Shown here: positions 1 to 16,590 of the stretch, piece after piece
How the letters are laid out: each line of letters starts with the position of its first letter
Numbering within the stretch: the stretch's first letter is position 1
Source: the human T2T-CHM13v2.0 reference genome, Homo sapiens
Assembly: GCF_009914755.1 (NCBI RefSeq)
Contig: NC_060926.1
Length of the DNA: 64,000 nucleotides
Strand: one strand, 5' to 3'
The notes under the pieces: generated by a model
The model's database searches: none
What the model saw: the letters and a program-made list of their open reading frames with translations, nothing else
Told to the model about the DNA's origin: nothing
Position numbers and translations under genes: made by a program

Positions 1-2347
<2,347 letters not shown>

Positions 2348-2673
2348 CTGCTGCTCCACTGGAGTACTTTTGCAGCAACCCAGGAACACATCAGATCCCC
2401 AATTGCAGCTGGAATCTGACACCAAGCCACAGGATGTCCTGTGGTGTCCCCAGGGCTGCAGCATAGAGCTCAGGAGTACGGAGCAGAGATCTGTGGCTGA
2501 CACTTGAGTAGAGGAGGAGCCCCTATGCTCAGAGCACTGAGAGGGGCAAAACACTCAGCTTCCTGGGCTGGGATGAGAGAGGGGCATACTTCCCTCCACA
2601 GGGCTAGTCCAGAAGGGGTATGGCACATATCTCTTCACAGCCTTTGCCTGAAGGGGCCCTGTGGCCCAGAACA
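2348..2673 (+). mobile_element. Probable L1 5'UTR fragment (L1PA15-16-like), opposite orientation to adjacent ORF2
   Basis: GC-richer block resembling recalled old L1 5'UTR (gaggaggagccc..cagagcactgagagggg..tccctccacagggctagtcc). Confidence 0.55.
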
Positions 2674-2782
2674 GAAAAGAGAGAAAGAAAAAGAGTGAGA
2701 GAGACAGAAAGAAAAAGGAAAGAAAGAAAGAAAGAAGAGAAAAGAAGAGAAGAGAGAAAAGAAAAGAAGGAAAGAAAGAGAA
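2674..2782 (+). repeat. GA-rich low-complexity / (GAAA)n tract
   Basis: Near-pure purine run. Confidence 0.9.
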
Positions 2783-3049
2783 ACATGGGTGTGGCACTGG
2801 TGATCAGATGGGGCTACCCTAAGACCCAGGGGCAGCCATTTATCTTGTAAGGAAAATATTCAAATGAAATTTTCAAATGTGCATGTAGTTGTAGAAGTCA
2901 TTCCTTTTTTCCGGCTTATCATTTTAGCACTCTGAACTAGCCATTTATTTTTAGGAAAATAAAAATGCTTGTATAATGCTCAATCAAGTGCTAAGTATCG
3001 GTGGAAATATTTTCAATATCAAAATACCAAACACTGCTGGAAATTACTT

Positions 3050-3410
3050 GGCCCTCTGTATCATTCCTGCTTTCTGAGATCACCTTCTGATGTGGCAAGG
3101 GTGTAAAGCCTACAAACTGCATTTCCAAATTATTATGCCAGTAAGGACTGGGCTAAAGTCCTTCAGTGAGAGAAGCTTGTATGGGATTTGGAAGGCGGAA
3201 GGTAAAGAAAAGCCACTATTTCCAGGTAGCGGTTGCAGAGGTGTGTCTGCCAGACCAAGAGTTCACATGAGATTTTGCCTGAGGCTTTGGGTAGTTTCCT
3301 GAGAAGTAACCATTTTGATCACTGCAGGCAGCTGAAACTATTGGTCCAACACTTGCAAAGTTTCATCCTTCCAGATTCCCTACATCTAACTTCCTTTTTA
3401 CTGTAAATAA
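3050..3410. mobile_element. ERVL LTR fragment (LTR33/LTR16-like)
   Basis: aaactgcatttcc..gatttggaaggcggaag motifs typical of this group. Confidence 0.45.
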
Positions 3411-3419
3411 CTCGGGTGG

Positions 3420-3832
3420 TGTAATAGTCCGTTCTTATGCTGCTATAAAACAACTTCCCAAGACTGGGTAATTCATAAAGAAAAGAAGTTCAGTTGACTC
3501 GCAGTTCTGCAGGGTTAGGGAAGCCTCAGGAAACTTACAATCATGGTGGAAAGGGAAGCAAACACATCCTTCTTCACGTGGCAACAGAAAGGAGATGTGC
3601 AGTGCAAATGGAGGGGCATGGGGGCCATTTTCACTGCACTTCTCCTTCCTGTTGCCATGTATAAAACCATCAGACCTCATGAGAACTCACTTACTGTCAT
3701 GAGAACAGCATGGGGGAACCGCTGCCATGATCTGTCGCCTCCCGTGAGGTTCCTCCCCCAACACATGGGGATTACAATTGGGATTACAATTCAAGATGAG
3801 ATTTGGGTGGGGATACAGAGCCAAACCATATC
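3420..3832 (-). mobile_element. MaLR THE1 (THE1C/D-like) solo LTR with internal inverted duplication
   Basis: Reverse complement of THE1 consensus (gactgggtaattcataaag, cctcaggaaacttacaatcatgg, ccaaaccatatc). Confidence 0.92.
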
Positions 3833-4469
3833 TTCCACTTTCCTGACCAAATTTAACTTATACATGAAGCAAATCCTCAAACATTCAAACAACAATTCAG
3901 ATAATGATTTTCAGTTCACAGATTTCACAATATACCTTTGAACATCACAAATAATACGATGTTAAATATGACAATTTTATGAAATATATGTAGTTGGCAT
4001 TAGTGGTCATTTTTAACCTGAAACTTGGAAACTTATAGATACAACTTCTTTCCAAATCCATGTTTCTTTCCTTTTTTAAATGCAGTCTCAAATTAAATAA
4101 TATACTATAAAAAGATGCAACGCAGAAAACTGTCTGTAATTTTATCTATTTTAACCTTTGATCTATGTTATCTAATTTTAACCTTGTCCTTATGAGCAAT
4201 CTCAATATGGTAGAAGCCCTCCTAACTGACCTTCCTTTAGGTAATCAAAGGGGTTAACTTTAATAATTTTAATTTTCTCTGTCAATTAGTGACTAATGTG
4301 AATTGCACATTGAATGACCTCACCCAGAGACTAGGTATTCCACAAGTTAAGTTTATCAGGAATGAGTTATGTTGGTTCCTAATATTGCTATAATATCTCC
4401 ACCTGTTATTGGAATTACATAATTTAATAAATATTACATGAATAATTATATTAATAGTAAATATTGATA

Positions 4470-4690
4470 AAGCAGTTACTATGTTCCTGGCACTGTTCTA
4501 TACTGTTTCTATAAATTTACTCATTTAATAACAATCACCTATGAGGAAGATGCTATTATCATACTCCTTTTAGTGGTGAGAAAACTGAGGTCAAAAGAAA
4601 GTCAGACATTTGTCCAAAGTCACATAGATGGTAGGTTGGAGAATTTGAACACAGTCTAACTTTAGAATCCATGCTTTTAACCACTATGCA
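4470..4690 (-). mobile_element. MIR
   Basis: MIR core gagaaaactgagg..cttttaaccactatgc. Confidence 0.75.
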
Positions 4691-4744
4691 AATAATAGTG
4701 AAAAAAGAAAGTTATTTCTATGAAAAGTAAATTAATCACACCAA

Positions 4745-5170
4745 TTTATACACAAACATCTATAGCAACATTATTCATAATTATCAAAAGTAGAAACAAC
4801 ACAAATATCTATCAACTAATACATGGATAAACAAAATATGGTATATCAGTACAATGAAATATTATTCAGCCATAAAAATGAATACAGTACAAATACATGT
4901 TACAATATCCATGAGCCTTGAAAACATGCTAACTGAAATATCCAGACACAAAAGGCCACATCACTTATGATTTCATTTACATGAAATATCCAGAATAGAC
5001 AAATTCATGCAGACAGAAAGTAAATTGCTGGTTGCCTAGAGCTGAGGGTTTAGGGACAAACAAGGAGTGACTGGTAATGAGTATAGGAATTTTGGAGGAG
5101 TAATAAATGTGTTCTAAAATTTATTTTGGCAATGGTTGTCAAACTCTGTGAAAATACTTCAAAATAGTAT
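4745..5170 (+). mobile_element. L1M (L1MB-like) 3' end
   Basis: gcaacattattcataat..catggataaacaaaatatggtatatc..attcagccataaaaa..cagacacaaaaggccaca. Confidence 0.8.
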
Positions 5171-5581
5171 AGTAAGGAGAAAACCAATTAGACTCATCGC
5201 TTTGGAAAGATTCTGTAAAGATGGCCCGCTAGAAGATAGAAAGACAATGGAAAAAACACTAGGGGAAAAAAAAACATAAAAATCTATAATGATTCTATGC
5301 TTCGAATATTTCAGAAGTGCTCTTACTTCTTGCTTCATTTGTAAGAAGCTAAACCTGGAAATCATAAATGATGTATTATTGGTGGGAGTAATAAAAGAAA
5401 GAAAATTCATAAATCCAATAAACTTTTCTACGTAGCAACAGAGAAGCAGGGAGATCAGGGAAGCCTTCAAAGAAAGAGGGAAACTTGAGTTGGTTACTAC
5501 ATGTTTATAAGGAGTTCACTTAACCTGAAAAGCACAGCTTTTTCCCCCCCTTTCTTTCTTTATTTTTATTTTTATTTGTAC

Positions 5582-5874
5582 TTTTTTTTTTTTTTTTAGA
5601 CGGAGTCTTACTCTGTCACCCAGGCTGTAGTACAGTGGCACAATCTCGGCTCACTGCAACCTCCGCCTCCTGTTCAAGCGATTCTCCTGCCTCAGCCCCT
5701 TGAGTAGCTGGGATTACAGGCACGCACCACCTTGCCCGGCTAATTTTTGTATTTTTAGTAGAGCTGGGGTTTCACCATGTTGGCCAGGCTGGTCTCGAAC
5801 TCCTCACCTCATGATCTGCCCGCCTCAGCCTCCCAAAGTGCTGGGATTACAGGCATGAGCCACCGTGCCTGGCC
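5582..5874 (-). mobile_element. AluS
   Basis: Antisense full dimer with poly-T. Confidence 0.95.
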
Positions 5875-6405
5875 CCAGATGGTTTTTTATACAGAAGTAG
5901 CATGAAAGCAACATAATCAGGATGTCGCCAAAAGCTCTGTGTGCCTGGAATACAAGGTGCAGAGAAGGGAAGAAGGAGATGCAAATAGAAAGGTAAGTCA
6001 GGGCAAACCTGTCTGAGTACACAAGTTATTCTGTCAACCTTGGAGATCAAACAAAGATGCTTAAGTAAGGATCAAGTACTGTTGCAAATTTGCTTATGTT
6101 TAAAAGAGAGGACTGTTGGCAGTGTGGATTGATTGGAGGGGCAAAATGATGGAGGCACTGAAACCAACTTGATAGTTATTCACTATTAAGGCAGGAAATG
6201 CTGAAACGTAAACCATGCACTGCTATCAAGATGGAGAGTAGGGGATGCATTGATATCTTTATAGAGAATAAAAAGAGCTTAGTGATGGGAATAGAGGGTA
6301 AACATCATGAGGCAGGTGGGTTTGCTCACAATTTTGTCCCCAAAGCCTACTCACATCCCGGACGCACAGCTAGTGTTTGATATTTGTTGAGTAAATTAAT
6401 GCTGA

Positions 6406-6785
<380 letters not shown>

Positions 6786-8229
6786 GGTAATAATATTTTT
6801 AAATGAGAATGAAGACTACAAAAAACAGATCAAAGGGAAAAAGTTAGTTTGGTTTTACAGGTTGGGATTGAAGTACCTGATGATAAGAAATTAGTAAAAA
6901 TGTACATGCAACTAACTGGAAATACAGGCCTGAGGCTCCAGAGAGAAAGGAGGGCTGGTAGATTCAGATTTTAGGACGCCTTGAGGTATAGGTGATCTCT
7001 AAAACTGTGAGAATGAATGAGCTCCAATTAGTTAAATCTTCCATGAAAAGGAAAAGAATAACAGGGCTTGTAGCCCGAAAAGCTGAGGAAAGGAACAGAA
7101 ACCAAGGCAAATTGCAGAAGAACACTCACAGAATTAGTGAGAGATGTCAAGATTGAGAAGAGTATTAATATTTGAGCTTCTAACCCTGAATGCAAAATTA
7201 AGAGGGAGTCTCCATATCTACTCACAACCTAGATGGCAGGAGAAACATGGATCCATATAGCTATTATTCCAATCATGACAACTTATCATCAAACACTGGG
7301 ATTAATCTGCTTCTTGGATGTGAGAACTCATCCAATAAGCCCTGAATCACCCTTAGGAGCATGCTCAGATAGACTTAGATTTTTTTTCCCCACATGATAA
7401 TCTTCTTGGCCTCATAATAATGCAAAACCCATTTTTAAATGGCCAGAAAATATTGCTTCCTATAAGGCATTGTTTTTCTGAGATTTCCATGATAAGGTAG
7501 AAAACAATATAGTACAAAGATCAGCCTCTTTATACTAATGACCGGTATGCATCCACAGACACAAGAATATAACCAAGGCAAAGAAACACATTGTCCACGC
7601 ATTCATGTTTTAATTTAATGTGATAGGGATGTTTTCAGAGATCTAGCAAAGGGAAGACCTAAGGACAAGGAAGTTCCAGCCAATCTTTAGTCCATGCTTT
7701 TGGTAAAGTGCTCTGATTCTAAGTGTCCATGCTCATCCTGTAAAGTGGGGAAGAATAATTCATCACTATACCTGCAATTACTTGAAAAATTATCTCTTGG
7801 GATCATGCAATTTCCTTTATTATTTCATGGCCTCCAGCCAAGCTCTTTTCATGTAAGTGTTTCTGGAAGGACCTGCCCATGTGTGGGGAGCTGCTGCACA
7901 GCCGGCCAGCATCTCCTCCTCTAACATTAACATCTCTCCATAGGAATGCACGAATCCAGGAGCTGCCACACTATACAACTCATGTCCTAGTTGAGTCATT
8001 TGCTCTCAACATCACTAGGCGAAAGGAGCACTCATTTCTCAATTTTATTGACCATCTACTATGTGTTAGGCATTGTACTGAGGGCCTTGTATATTGAATA
8101 CATCAAAGAATAAAAGAGAAATTACTCCTCTCTGGTGGAGATCACAGAGAAAGGAGAAACAAACAAAAGGATTAGTTAACTTGCGTATTATGGTAAGTTT
8201 GACAAAAGTTGAATCTACTCCAAATTTGC

Positions 8230-9240
8230 TGACCTTTTGCTGTTTTTCAAACATGCTAGGCATATTCCCACCTTATGGCCTTTCCATTTACTGCTCCCCT
8301 CTGTCTGGAATGATCTTCCCCCTGTATCTGCATGACTCACCCCTTGCTTCCTCTAAGTCTTTATGCAAATGTCACCATCTCAGGGAGGACTTTGCTTACT
8401 GTACAACATAAAATGTTCCTTTTAACCCAGCAACTTCTCATCCCCATTTCTCATTTTCTCTTTCTCCAAAGCACTTAGTATCATATTGTACGGTTTACTT
8501 ATTTATTTTATTTTCTCTACTAGAATATAAGCTACTTGAGATATTTGTCTTTATGTTAATTAATTTATCCTGTGTCTAGAATAGTTCCTGATCTGTAGTT
8601 GATATTCTTTCTAAGATACATAAACAGGAAGTAAGGAAAGAAAGTCTATTTCAGATTGGGGAAAGGGAATCGGACTTGCTGAGGAAGTGATATAAAGCAT
8701 GAAAAAGAGCTAGCCTGTAGCCATACAAAAGGAAGTAGAAGCGTAGAAGAAGCGTGTGCAAGGCAAACACCCTGAGGCAGGCAGGAAGGGACCAACAGGG
8801 ACCAGGACTATGGAAGAGGGCTTGTGTGAAAAGGCATAATGGGTTGGGTGCTGGTGGCCTGGGGAAAGGGTCCTAGAAGTAAGGACGGGACAGATCATGT
8901 AGTGTCTTGTAAGTCAGAATATGAAATATGGACTTTTTTGTACGTGCAAAGAGAAGCCAAAGGGAATTTTAAGTTGGGGAAGTACATAAAGCCTGGTTGT
9001 TCCATAAAAGCACAGATTGGAGGTGGCAAGAATAAAAGGATAGAGAGCCAGTTAGGAGACCGTTTAAATGTTCCAAGCTGAAGGTGAAGGTAACCCGGAC
9101 AAGGGCACACCAACGGAGATGAGAGAATTCAAAGAATGCAAGTAATATTTTGGAGAGATAATTGACCACATTTGCTGGTGGATTCTTTTGGAGCATGAAG
9201 GTGAGTATGAAATGGAAGTAGATTCCTAAGTTTGTAGCTT
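8230..9240. mobile_element. L2 fragments (plus-strand 3' end ~8230-8620; minus-strand piece ~8640-9240)
   Basis: ctgtctggaatgatcttccc..aaatgtcacc..tagaatataagct; then purine-rich antisense L2-like sequence. Confidence 0.6.
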
Positions 9241-9594
9241 AAGCATTGAATTTCAGCAAAAGCATCTAGGACTTCCAAAAAGAATAAATTCCTCACTGTA
9301 TTGTAAAATGAAAGAGACGTAAATGAGATAAACCATTTGTTGAATTTATTGAATGTCTTTGAATCTACTGTCTAACTCTATTAAGTCTGAGTACAAGTTA
9401 ACTTGCATTTCTATTTTAATCCAAAGACTTCATTGAGTTTAAGCTTGTAGCCCATACATTCTAGTCTGTCAATGTCTTTTATTCTATTAAAGGGAAAGAT
9501 TAAATGCTCAATATATATTTCTTGCTCCCTCTTCTCCTTCCATTTGTATGCATCATTGCTTTACTGTTGCTATTGCATTCTTCTTTCTCAGCAA

Positions 9595-9745
9595 TCCTAT
9601 AGTGTCTGTACTGCTATTTAGTACGAGAAAACCAAGGCTCTAAGAGGTTGAACATTTTGCCAAATATCACTGAGCTAGTAAGTGTTCAAGCTAGGATTCG
9701 AACCCAGGCCTGTTCATCTCCAGACTGCTTATTCTTTACTACCAT
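9595..9745 (-). mobile_element. MIR
   Basis: gagctagtaagt..ggattcgaacccagg. Confidence 0.75.
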
Positions 9746-10537
9746 TCTTCTTCTGATGGTTTCAATGATTCTAAATCCAAAACAGTAGACAGTCCCCACA
9801 TTCCCGCCATGTTTACCTTCAAATGTATTATTTTTACAGCCCCCGTATTTTTATTTAAACTATACTAAAATAGGTATTGTTTTCTTCCCAAGGGAAGGTT
9901 ATCTAGACAAAGTGGAATGAGAGAAACACTATGGATAAACCTAGCCTGAGATTCAAGACTGGCCATGATGATGATAATTCTTTTTCTAAAAATCCAGAGC
10001 AGACTGTTTTTGATTAAACAAATCACGTAAGATAGTTTCATCTTAAAATTTTTTATCATAATTTGTTTATAGAACAGAAACTCTCCATTGTCATTTAAAC
10101 AAGGGCACTTTAGTTATGAACATATGATATCTTATCACCATATTTTCATCTCTAAATTCTAAATGTCTGTCAAAAGATATCTGATTGGAATATAATAGCT
10201 CTCAGTGTCAGGAATATTCATTGTTCATAGGAGTACTAGAGATTACATACATAAAGGAAAGGAAGAAATAGTTTTTTTCATCATTTAACTGGGATATTGG
10301 GTGTCCCAATTTTATCTTTTTAATCTAAATGAAAAATTTTCAAATTCAAAACAGGTGGTATAGTGAAATTGCCTGTATATGGACTTCTTTACCTAAAGCA
10401 TATAAATTTTCAGTCTACCAAAATGAAGCAAAATTAACAGAAAACTGTGGCTTGGGCTGTCTTTAAAGTGGAAAGTTCCACCAATCGGTTGACACTTTTT
10501 CTTCTTTTTACATGCCCCTATTATGAGTATTATATAG

Positions 10538-10839
<302 letters not shown>

Positions 10840-11274
10840 TATATTCATTAATTTTACAAATGCATATTAAAACAAAAAACCTAGAACCCTGGATACTGAT
10901 CATGATATGCATTATTCACCAAATCTAAAAGACTATATGTGGAACAATTTATGTTTGTATTATCTTAAATTAGATTTGATTTAATATCCCCTTCACAGGT
11001 GTAAATTAGGGAAAAGGTGGGAAGGAAGATTATTTCATTACTACTTTTTTTTTTAAAATAACAGGTATTATTTAGATCACCAAAATAAAGTATATAAACA
11101 TATAACGTTCTTTTTGGGCACCAGAAATGTGCCTTAGTTACACTGTAATCATTAAGGACACAGAATAATGGGCAACGTGTTTGAAAATAATATTGCCATT
11201 TCTTTAATTCTTTTTAAAAAAGTTTATGAAAAAATTGCTTTGGGTTCCTAAAAGACATGCGAATATATGTCACT

Positions 11275-11288
11275 CCACAAGGTGGCGG
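11275..11288 (+). promoter_or_regulatory. Candidate CTCF site
   Basis: CCACAAGGTGGCGG matches CCASYAGRKGGCRS at 13/14 positions, in unique sequence. Confidence 0.5.
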
Positions 11289-11700
11289 AAGCGTGCCATG
11301 CATTGTTCTTTTGTGCTGGCTCAAAATGTGTTTTACTATTTAATCCTCTTTATTCAGCGGTCATAGTGCTGTTTTCTACCATAAGAGTTCACGCTTCACA
11401 GAGCCATCTTTTTCTTAGGCAGTGCTTGCTGGTACACAAGCTATGTATGTTACATGCAAAGTTCAATAGAATCAGGACAATCCTAAGCAAATACAATTTA
11501 AAACATATTCAGTAACCTTTCCTGAGAGACTACAGTTACAGCTTTGACTTTATTGTTCTGGACTCTCTGAATCCCAGGGCACCGAAAGTTTTTGCATTTC
11601 TAGTTTTAAAACATATTTTACAACATATCTTTAGAAAATTCCTCTTCATCTGTGTCCCAGAATAGTATCGACGATACCTCCTCATAATAAGTGTAAACTA

Positions 11701-12023
<323 letters not shown>

Positions 12024-12139
12024 TCAGGAGGATAAAGTACCTAAAACTCCACTTTTAGAGAGTTATTCTTTTGGGTAAAATGTTGCCTTCTGTACTTGGT
12101 CTTCGAAAACACAGATTCTTCTGCTGGAGTAACATTAAA

Positions 12140-12665
<526 letters not shown>

Positions 12666-13689
12666 TAATCATGGTGAACAACTTAGCAAGTTTCTTAGGA
12701 GAATATTGTTCTGTGACTGGAACAAGACAATGGAAGAAGAGAAAGGGGCAATGGAGGACTTCAAAACAAATTCCGCATGGCAGTTTCGTTCAGTGGTGAC
12801 CTGTGTTTCTGCAGTGATATTTCTGCAGTGTATAGCTGTTCAGCTTCACAGTTAAGTCCCTCTTGAACTTCTGTTTTGAGCTCTTTTGGGTTTCTTCTCT
12901 TTATTCTACCTGCAGCAACTCAACAAGATGGCCTACTTCTTCCTGAAGAGCCTTGTCTTTCTATTCTTTCTACAGCCCTCTCTCCCCAATCAGTGATTTA
13001 ACTCACAGTTCTCTATATTCTGTAGGCACTCAGTAGCGCCTATTAGCTCGAGGATCTCTCCTCAACATGTGTCAACAGCTTATAACCCTTGTTTTCTCCC
13101 AGTCTCTTCATATAGCCAGATGGGCACATGATGTCAATACAAGCAGATAGTCTGCATTCCCACCTCTCAGTATTGGAGTTCTGTCTTTCTGGGTGTTGTT
13201 AGGATTATCTAATAGGTGCCACACTGACTAGCCTGTTTAAGAAGCCAGATGTAATCTTCAGAGCTACAATAAGTTGGAAATTGAATTTCATATACTGTTA
13301 TTCTTTTTTAATAAGGACATTGTGTTAAAGTACCAGAGAAAATGATTTCATGTTTATGTCTTGGTAAGGTATATCATTAAGTTAACAAAATAAGTGGAAA
13401 GAACAAAACATATGTCAGACCCAGCTTCCTCATTTTTGATTAAGAAAATACATTAGTCACTTTTACATCAAGGTTTTTTTTTGCCCAATAATTTTTTTAA
13501 AAAATATGTAAGTGCAATGGTAGAAGAAATTTGACGTAATCAGGGTGGTGAAGATATAATCCTGAGACTAAACCTCCTGAGTGAGATTAGGCCCTTGCAT
13601 ATGCTATTTCAGGGTTCTGGATTGGGAACTAGTGAGAGTTGTGTCAATGCAAGAGAATGAAAAAATCTAAACCTTCACTGCTCACAGGA

Positions 13690-13900
13690 TGATCCAGGAA
13701 CCCCTGGAGTCCCCGAGACCTTTTTAAGGGGTCCATGAGATGAAAATTATTTTTATAATAATAGTAAGATGTTGTTTGACTTTTTCATTCTTTCTGTCAC
13801 AAGTAGACTGTTGAATTTTCCAGAGGCTATATGACATGTGATAACATCATCACTCTACCAGCTAATGGATGTGCTTCTGTATTCTCATATTTTAAAAAGT
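13690..13900. mobile_element. hAT-Charlie-like DNA transposon fragment
   Basis: ggggtccatgag..aattttccagaggctatatgacatgtgat resembles recalled Charlie-family sequence. Confidence 0.55.
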
Positions 13901-13905
13901 TCTTG

Positions 13906-14061
13906 GGACCAGGTACAGGGTTTCATGCCTGTAATCCCAGCACTTTGGGAGGCCGAGGCAGGAGCGTTGCTTGAGCCCAGGAGTTTAAGACAGAGACCAA
14001 CCTGGGCAACATGATGAGACACTGCCTTCACAAAATATGAAAAATTAGCCAGGCATGGTAG
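13906..14061 (+). mobile_element. AluJ/FLAM left-arm fragment
   Basis: gcctgtaatcccagcactttgggagg..gcttgagcccaggagttt. Confidence 0.88.
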
Positions 14062-14610
14062 TTTACATAAACAAAAGGTCTTTGAGTTCTTCGATAATTT
14101 TTTACATGGTGAAAAATGTTGCTGAGATCAAAATGTCTGAAAGCTGCTACTCTAGACCATGTTTAACTAGCTTGTGCAGCAGTAATGACTTTGCTTACTT
14201 TGTCCAAAAAATAAAATACTCAAGAGCTACAGCTTAGAATTCTGCCTGCTGAATTATCAAAGAAAACACAAAGTCTAAGTTTCTAGTAACAAAAAATTGT
14301 ATTAATACTCAGCGAGGTCTTAGAGACCGCTGTATTCTAATACAACTTTCCTTCAAGTTAAGGATTAACTGCAGGATTGTATAATGCCAATCTAGCATTT
14401 TAGAAAGGTATTTTTATTTTACTATATTTTTTTGATTATAAAAATAATTTATATTGTTTCTAGGTGAAATATTAAACTGAAGTAAGACACGGAGGACTAG
14501 ATGTAAGTCCAACAATGTAAATAGATCTTAAAAACAAATTGCTGAAATTTTTTAGAAGTAAGAAAAAAATGAAATCTACAGAACAATGTCATTTACCTAA
14601 ATGAAAAATA

Positions 14611-14653
14611 TTTTAATGGAAAAAAACACAATTACTTTTGCACCAATCTAATA
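14611..14653. mobile_element. MADE1 (Hsmar1 MITE) half element
   Basis: caattacttttgcaccaatctaata matches the Hsmar1 TIR. Confidence 0.8.
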
Positions 14654-14899
14654 TATCTACTGCTAAGTTATATTAAAAAAAAAAGAAAAGAAAACTAGAA
14701 GGAAAAAATTATCAGTAACCCACCATTCAGAGATTACCACTATTAACATTTGGATGATCATCATTACAACCTTCAGCCTTTTTCCATTTTTTTCCTGCTA
14801 AATAATACATTTCATTCTGTATTTTTTTATACTGTAATTAACGTTTGTCTTTATAAATTTCCTTTAAAGCTATCTCAATCACTTATTTTATAATGAGGT

Positions 14900-15350
14900 A
14901 TATCATTTGAAACCATTTCAAAATTGGTAATTATTTAAGTTGTTGCTAATGTTTGCTATTTAATTAACAGTAAAGCAAATTTGCGTGGCTGTTTCTCTAG
15001 GATAAATTCTACTAGATAGATTTTTTTTTAGGGCAAAGGAAATGAATTCAGTTAAGTTTCTTGATATAAATTACAAAATTGATTTCCAGAAAGATTGTAC
15101 CAATTTTACATTCTCACAATCAGTATGAGAAGATTCTGTGAGACTACACTCTAAACAACTCTGAGAATTCATCTTTCTTCTTGTCATTCCAGTTTGATCA
15201 GAAAATCATGGAATCACATTGTTTTTATTTTTTCTTTGATTAATTTACTCTTTAATTTTTTCTTTGATTAATAACGAGGTCAACGATTTTGTCATATTTT
15301 TATTGGGTATCTAAATTTCTCTTCCGAACTCTCTGTACATGACTTAAACC
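14900..15350 (-). mobile_element. Ancient L1ME-like fragment
   Basis: ttccagaaagattgtaccaattttacattctcacaatcagtatgag. Confidence 0.6.
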
Positions 15351-15569
15351 CATGTTACTCTTAACACGGTATGTCAAAACACTTTTATAACCAGAGAATC
15401 CTGCTGTATTAAAGAGAAGCATAATTCCTTTTCAAGTAGCCATATATAAGTTAAAAAAATCCATACAGTTATCTTGCCCAATTTTAGATAAAATATTTAT
15501 CTTCACATTTCAGAAATATAGTTTAAAAAATCTTTAAAAACCCATTGAAAAAACTGATTATCCACCATT

Positions 15570-16048
15570 TCCCTCTAGATCCTTTCTCTGTTCATCTTAG
15601 TCCTGCTCTGTGCTCTGGGAGGCCAAACTCTACCAAACGCATCAGCTACTCTCCCTTGCTTTCTGGCTCCTGGCTGGGTTTGACCAATGAGGGTTATCAG
15701 TAGGTGATCATACTGCAGAAGGAAAGAGGTGGAAGTATGTGGTCCTCTATTTCTTTTCTGCTTTCATTCGTTATTGGCATGGTTACTGAACTGCAGCTTC
15801 TGTTTAGGAGTCTCACTTTCATGGTTCCAACTCTCCACTGGGCTCAACTACTCTTGTCTCTTCCTCCAGACCACTTAGTCTCCAGAACTTGGTCTCCAGA
15901 GCTAATGTCTTTTAGTCCACAGGTGCCTCTACAATCCTTGTTAGTTATCTTAAATCTGGTTGTATCTCTGTAAATAGTACCTCATTAAAACATTTCTTCA
16001 AAGTATCAGCAAATGTACTTGGTTTTTGCTGGAACCCTGAAAAATACA
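15570..16048. mobile_element. ERVL LTR (LTR33-like)
   Basis: cctgctctgtgctctgggaggc..gggtttgaccaatgagg..tggaaccctgaaaaataca. Confidence 0.6.
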
Positions 16049-16454
16049 CCAATTACATTCACTCTACATTTAAGACTGCCCTTGATATTTGATTCAGCAA
16101 TGAACATTGTATTATTCAATATTAGCCAAGTATTTACTTTAAATCTGGCCAAATGGTAGGTTCTGGGGGTAAATAATTCACCCTTCCTAACATAAGCAGT
16201 TTTTTCCTTTTGTTAAAACCCCTAACATTTTCCAATTTACACAATATCAAATGTGATGACTTACCAGGCATTTAAAACTCCTTATAATCTACTTCTTCCT
16301 TATCTATCTGACCTGAATCTCTAACTCCCTTAATGTGTACCTCCTGCCTCACAGAGTTCATGTCTATTGAATATGCCAGATTTTCTCCCCACCTTCCTAT
16401 CATTGCTCATGAAGTCCTTTTTCCACTTTCTAGGACAGTTTTACAAGGTTTTTG

Positions 16455-16590
16455 TTGTTTTTTTTTTTTTAAATAGAGATGGGTCTCACTATATTGACCA
16501 GGCTGGTCTCGAGCTCCTGGCCTCAAACAATCCTCCCATACCGGCCTCCCAAAGAGCTGAGATTGTAGGTGTGAGCCACCGCGCCTGGCC
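16455..16590 (-). mobile_element. FLAM/Alu monomer
   Basis: Antisense single arm (agagatgggtctcactat..gagccaccgcgcctggcc). Confidence 0.9.

Noticed and set aside
8230-9240. Opposed L2 fragments as a miR-28/151-type source
   Set aside because: No extended complementarity visible at the junction
14611-14653. Possible miR-548 locus
   Set aside because: Only one MADE1 arm is present, so no hairpin can form
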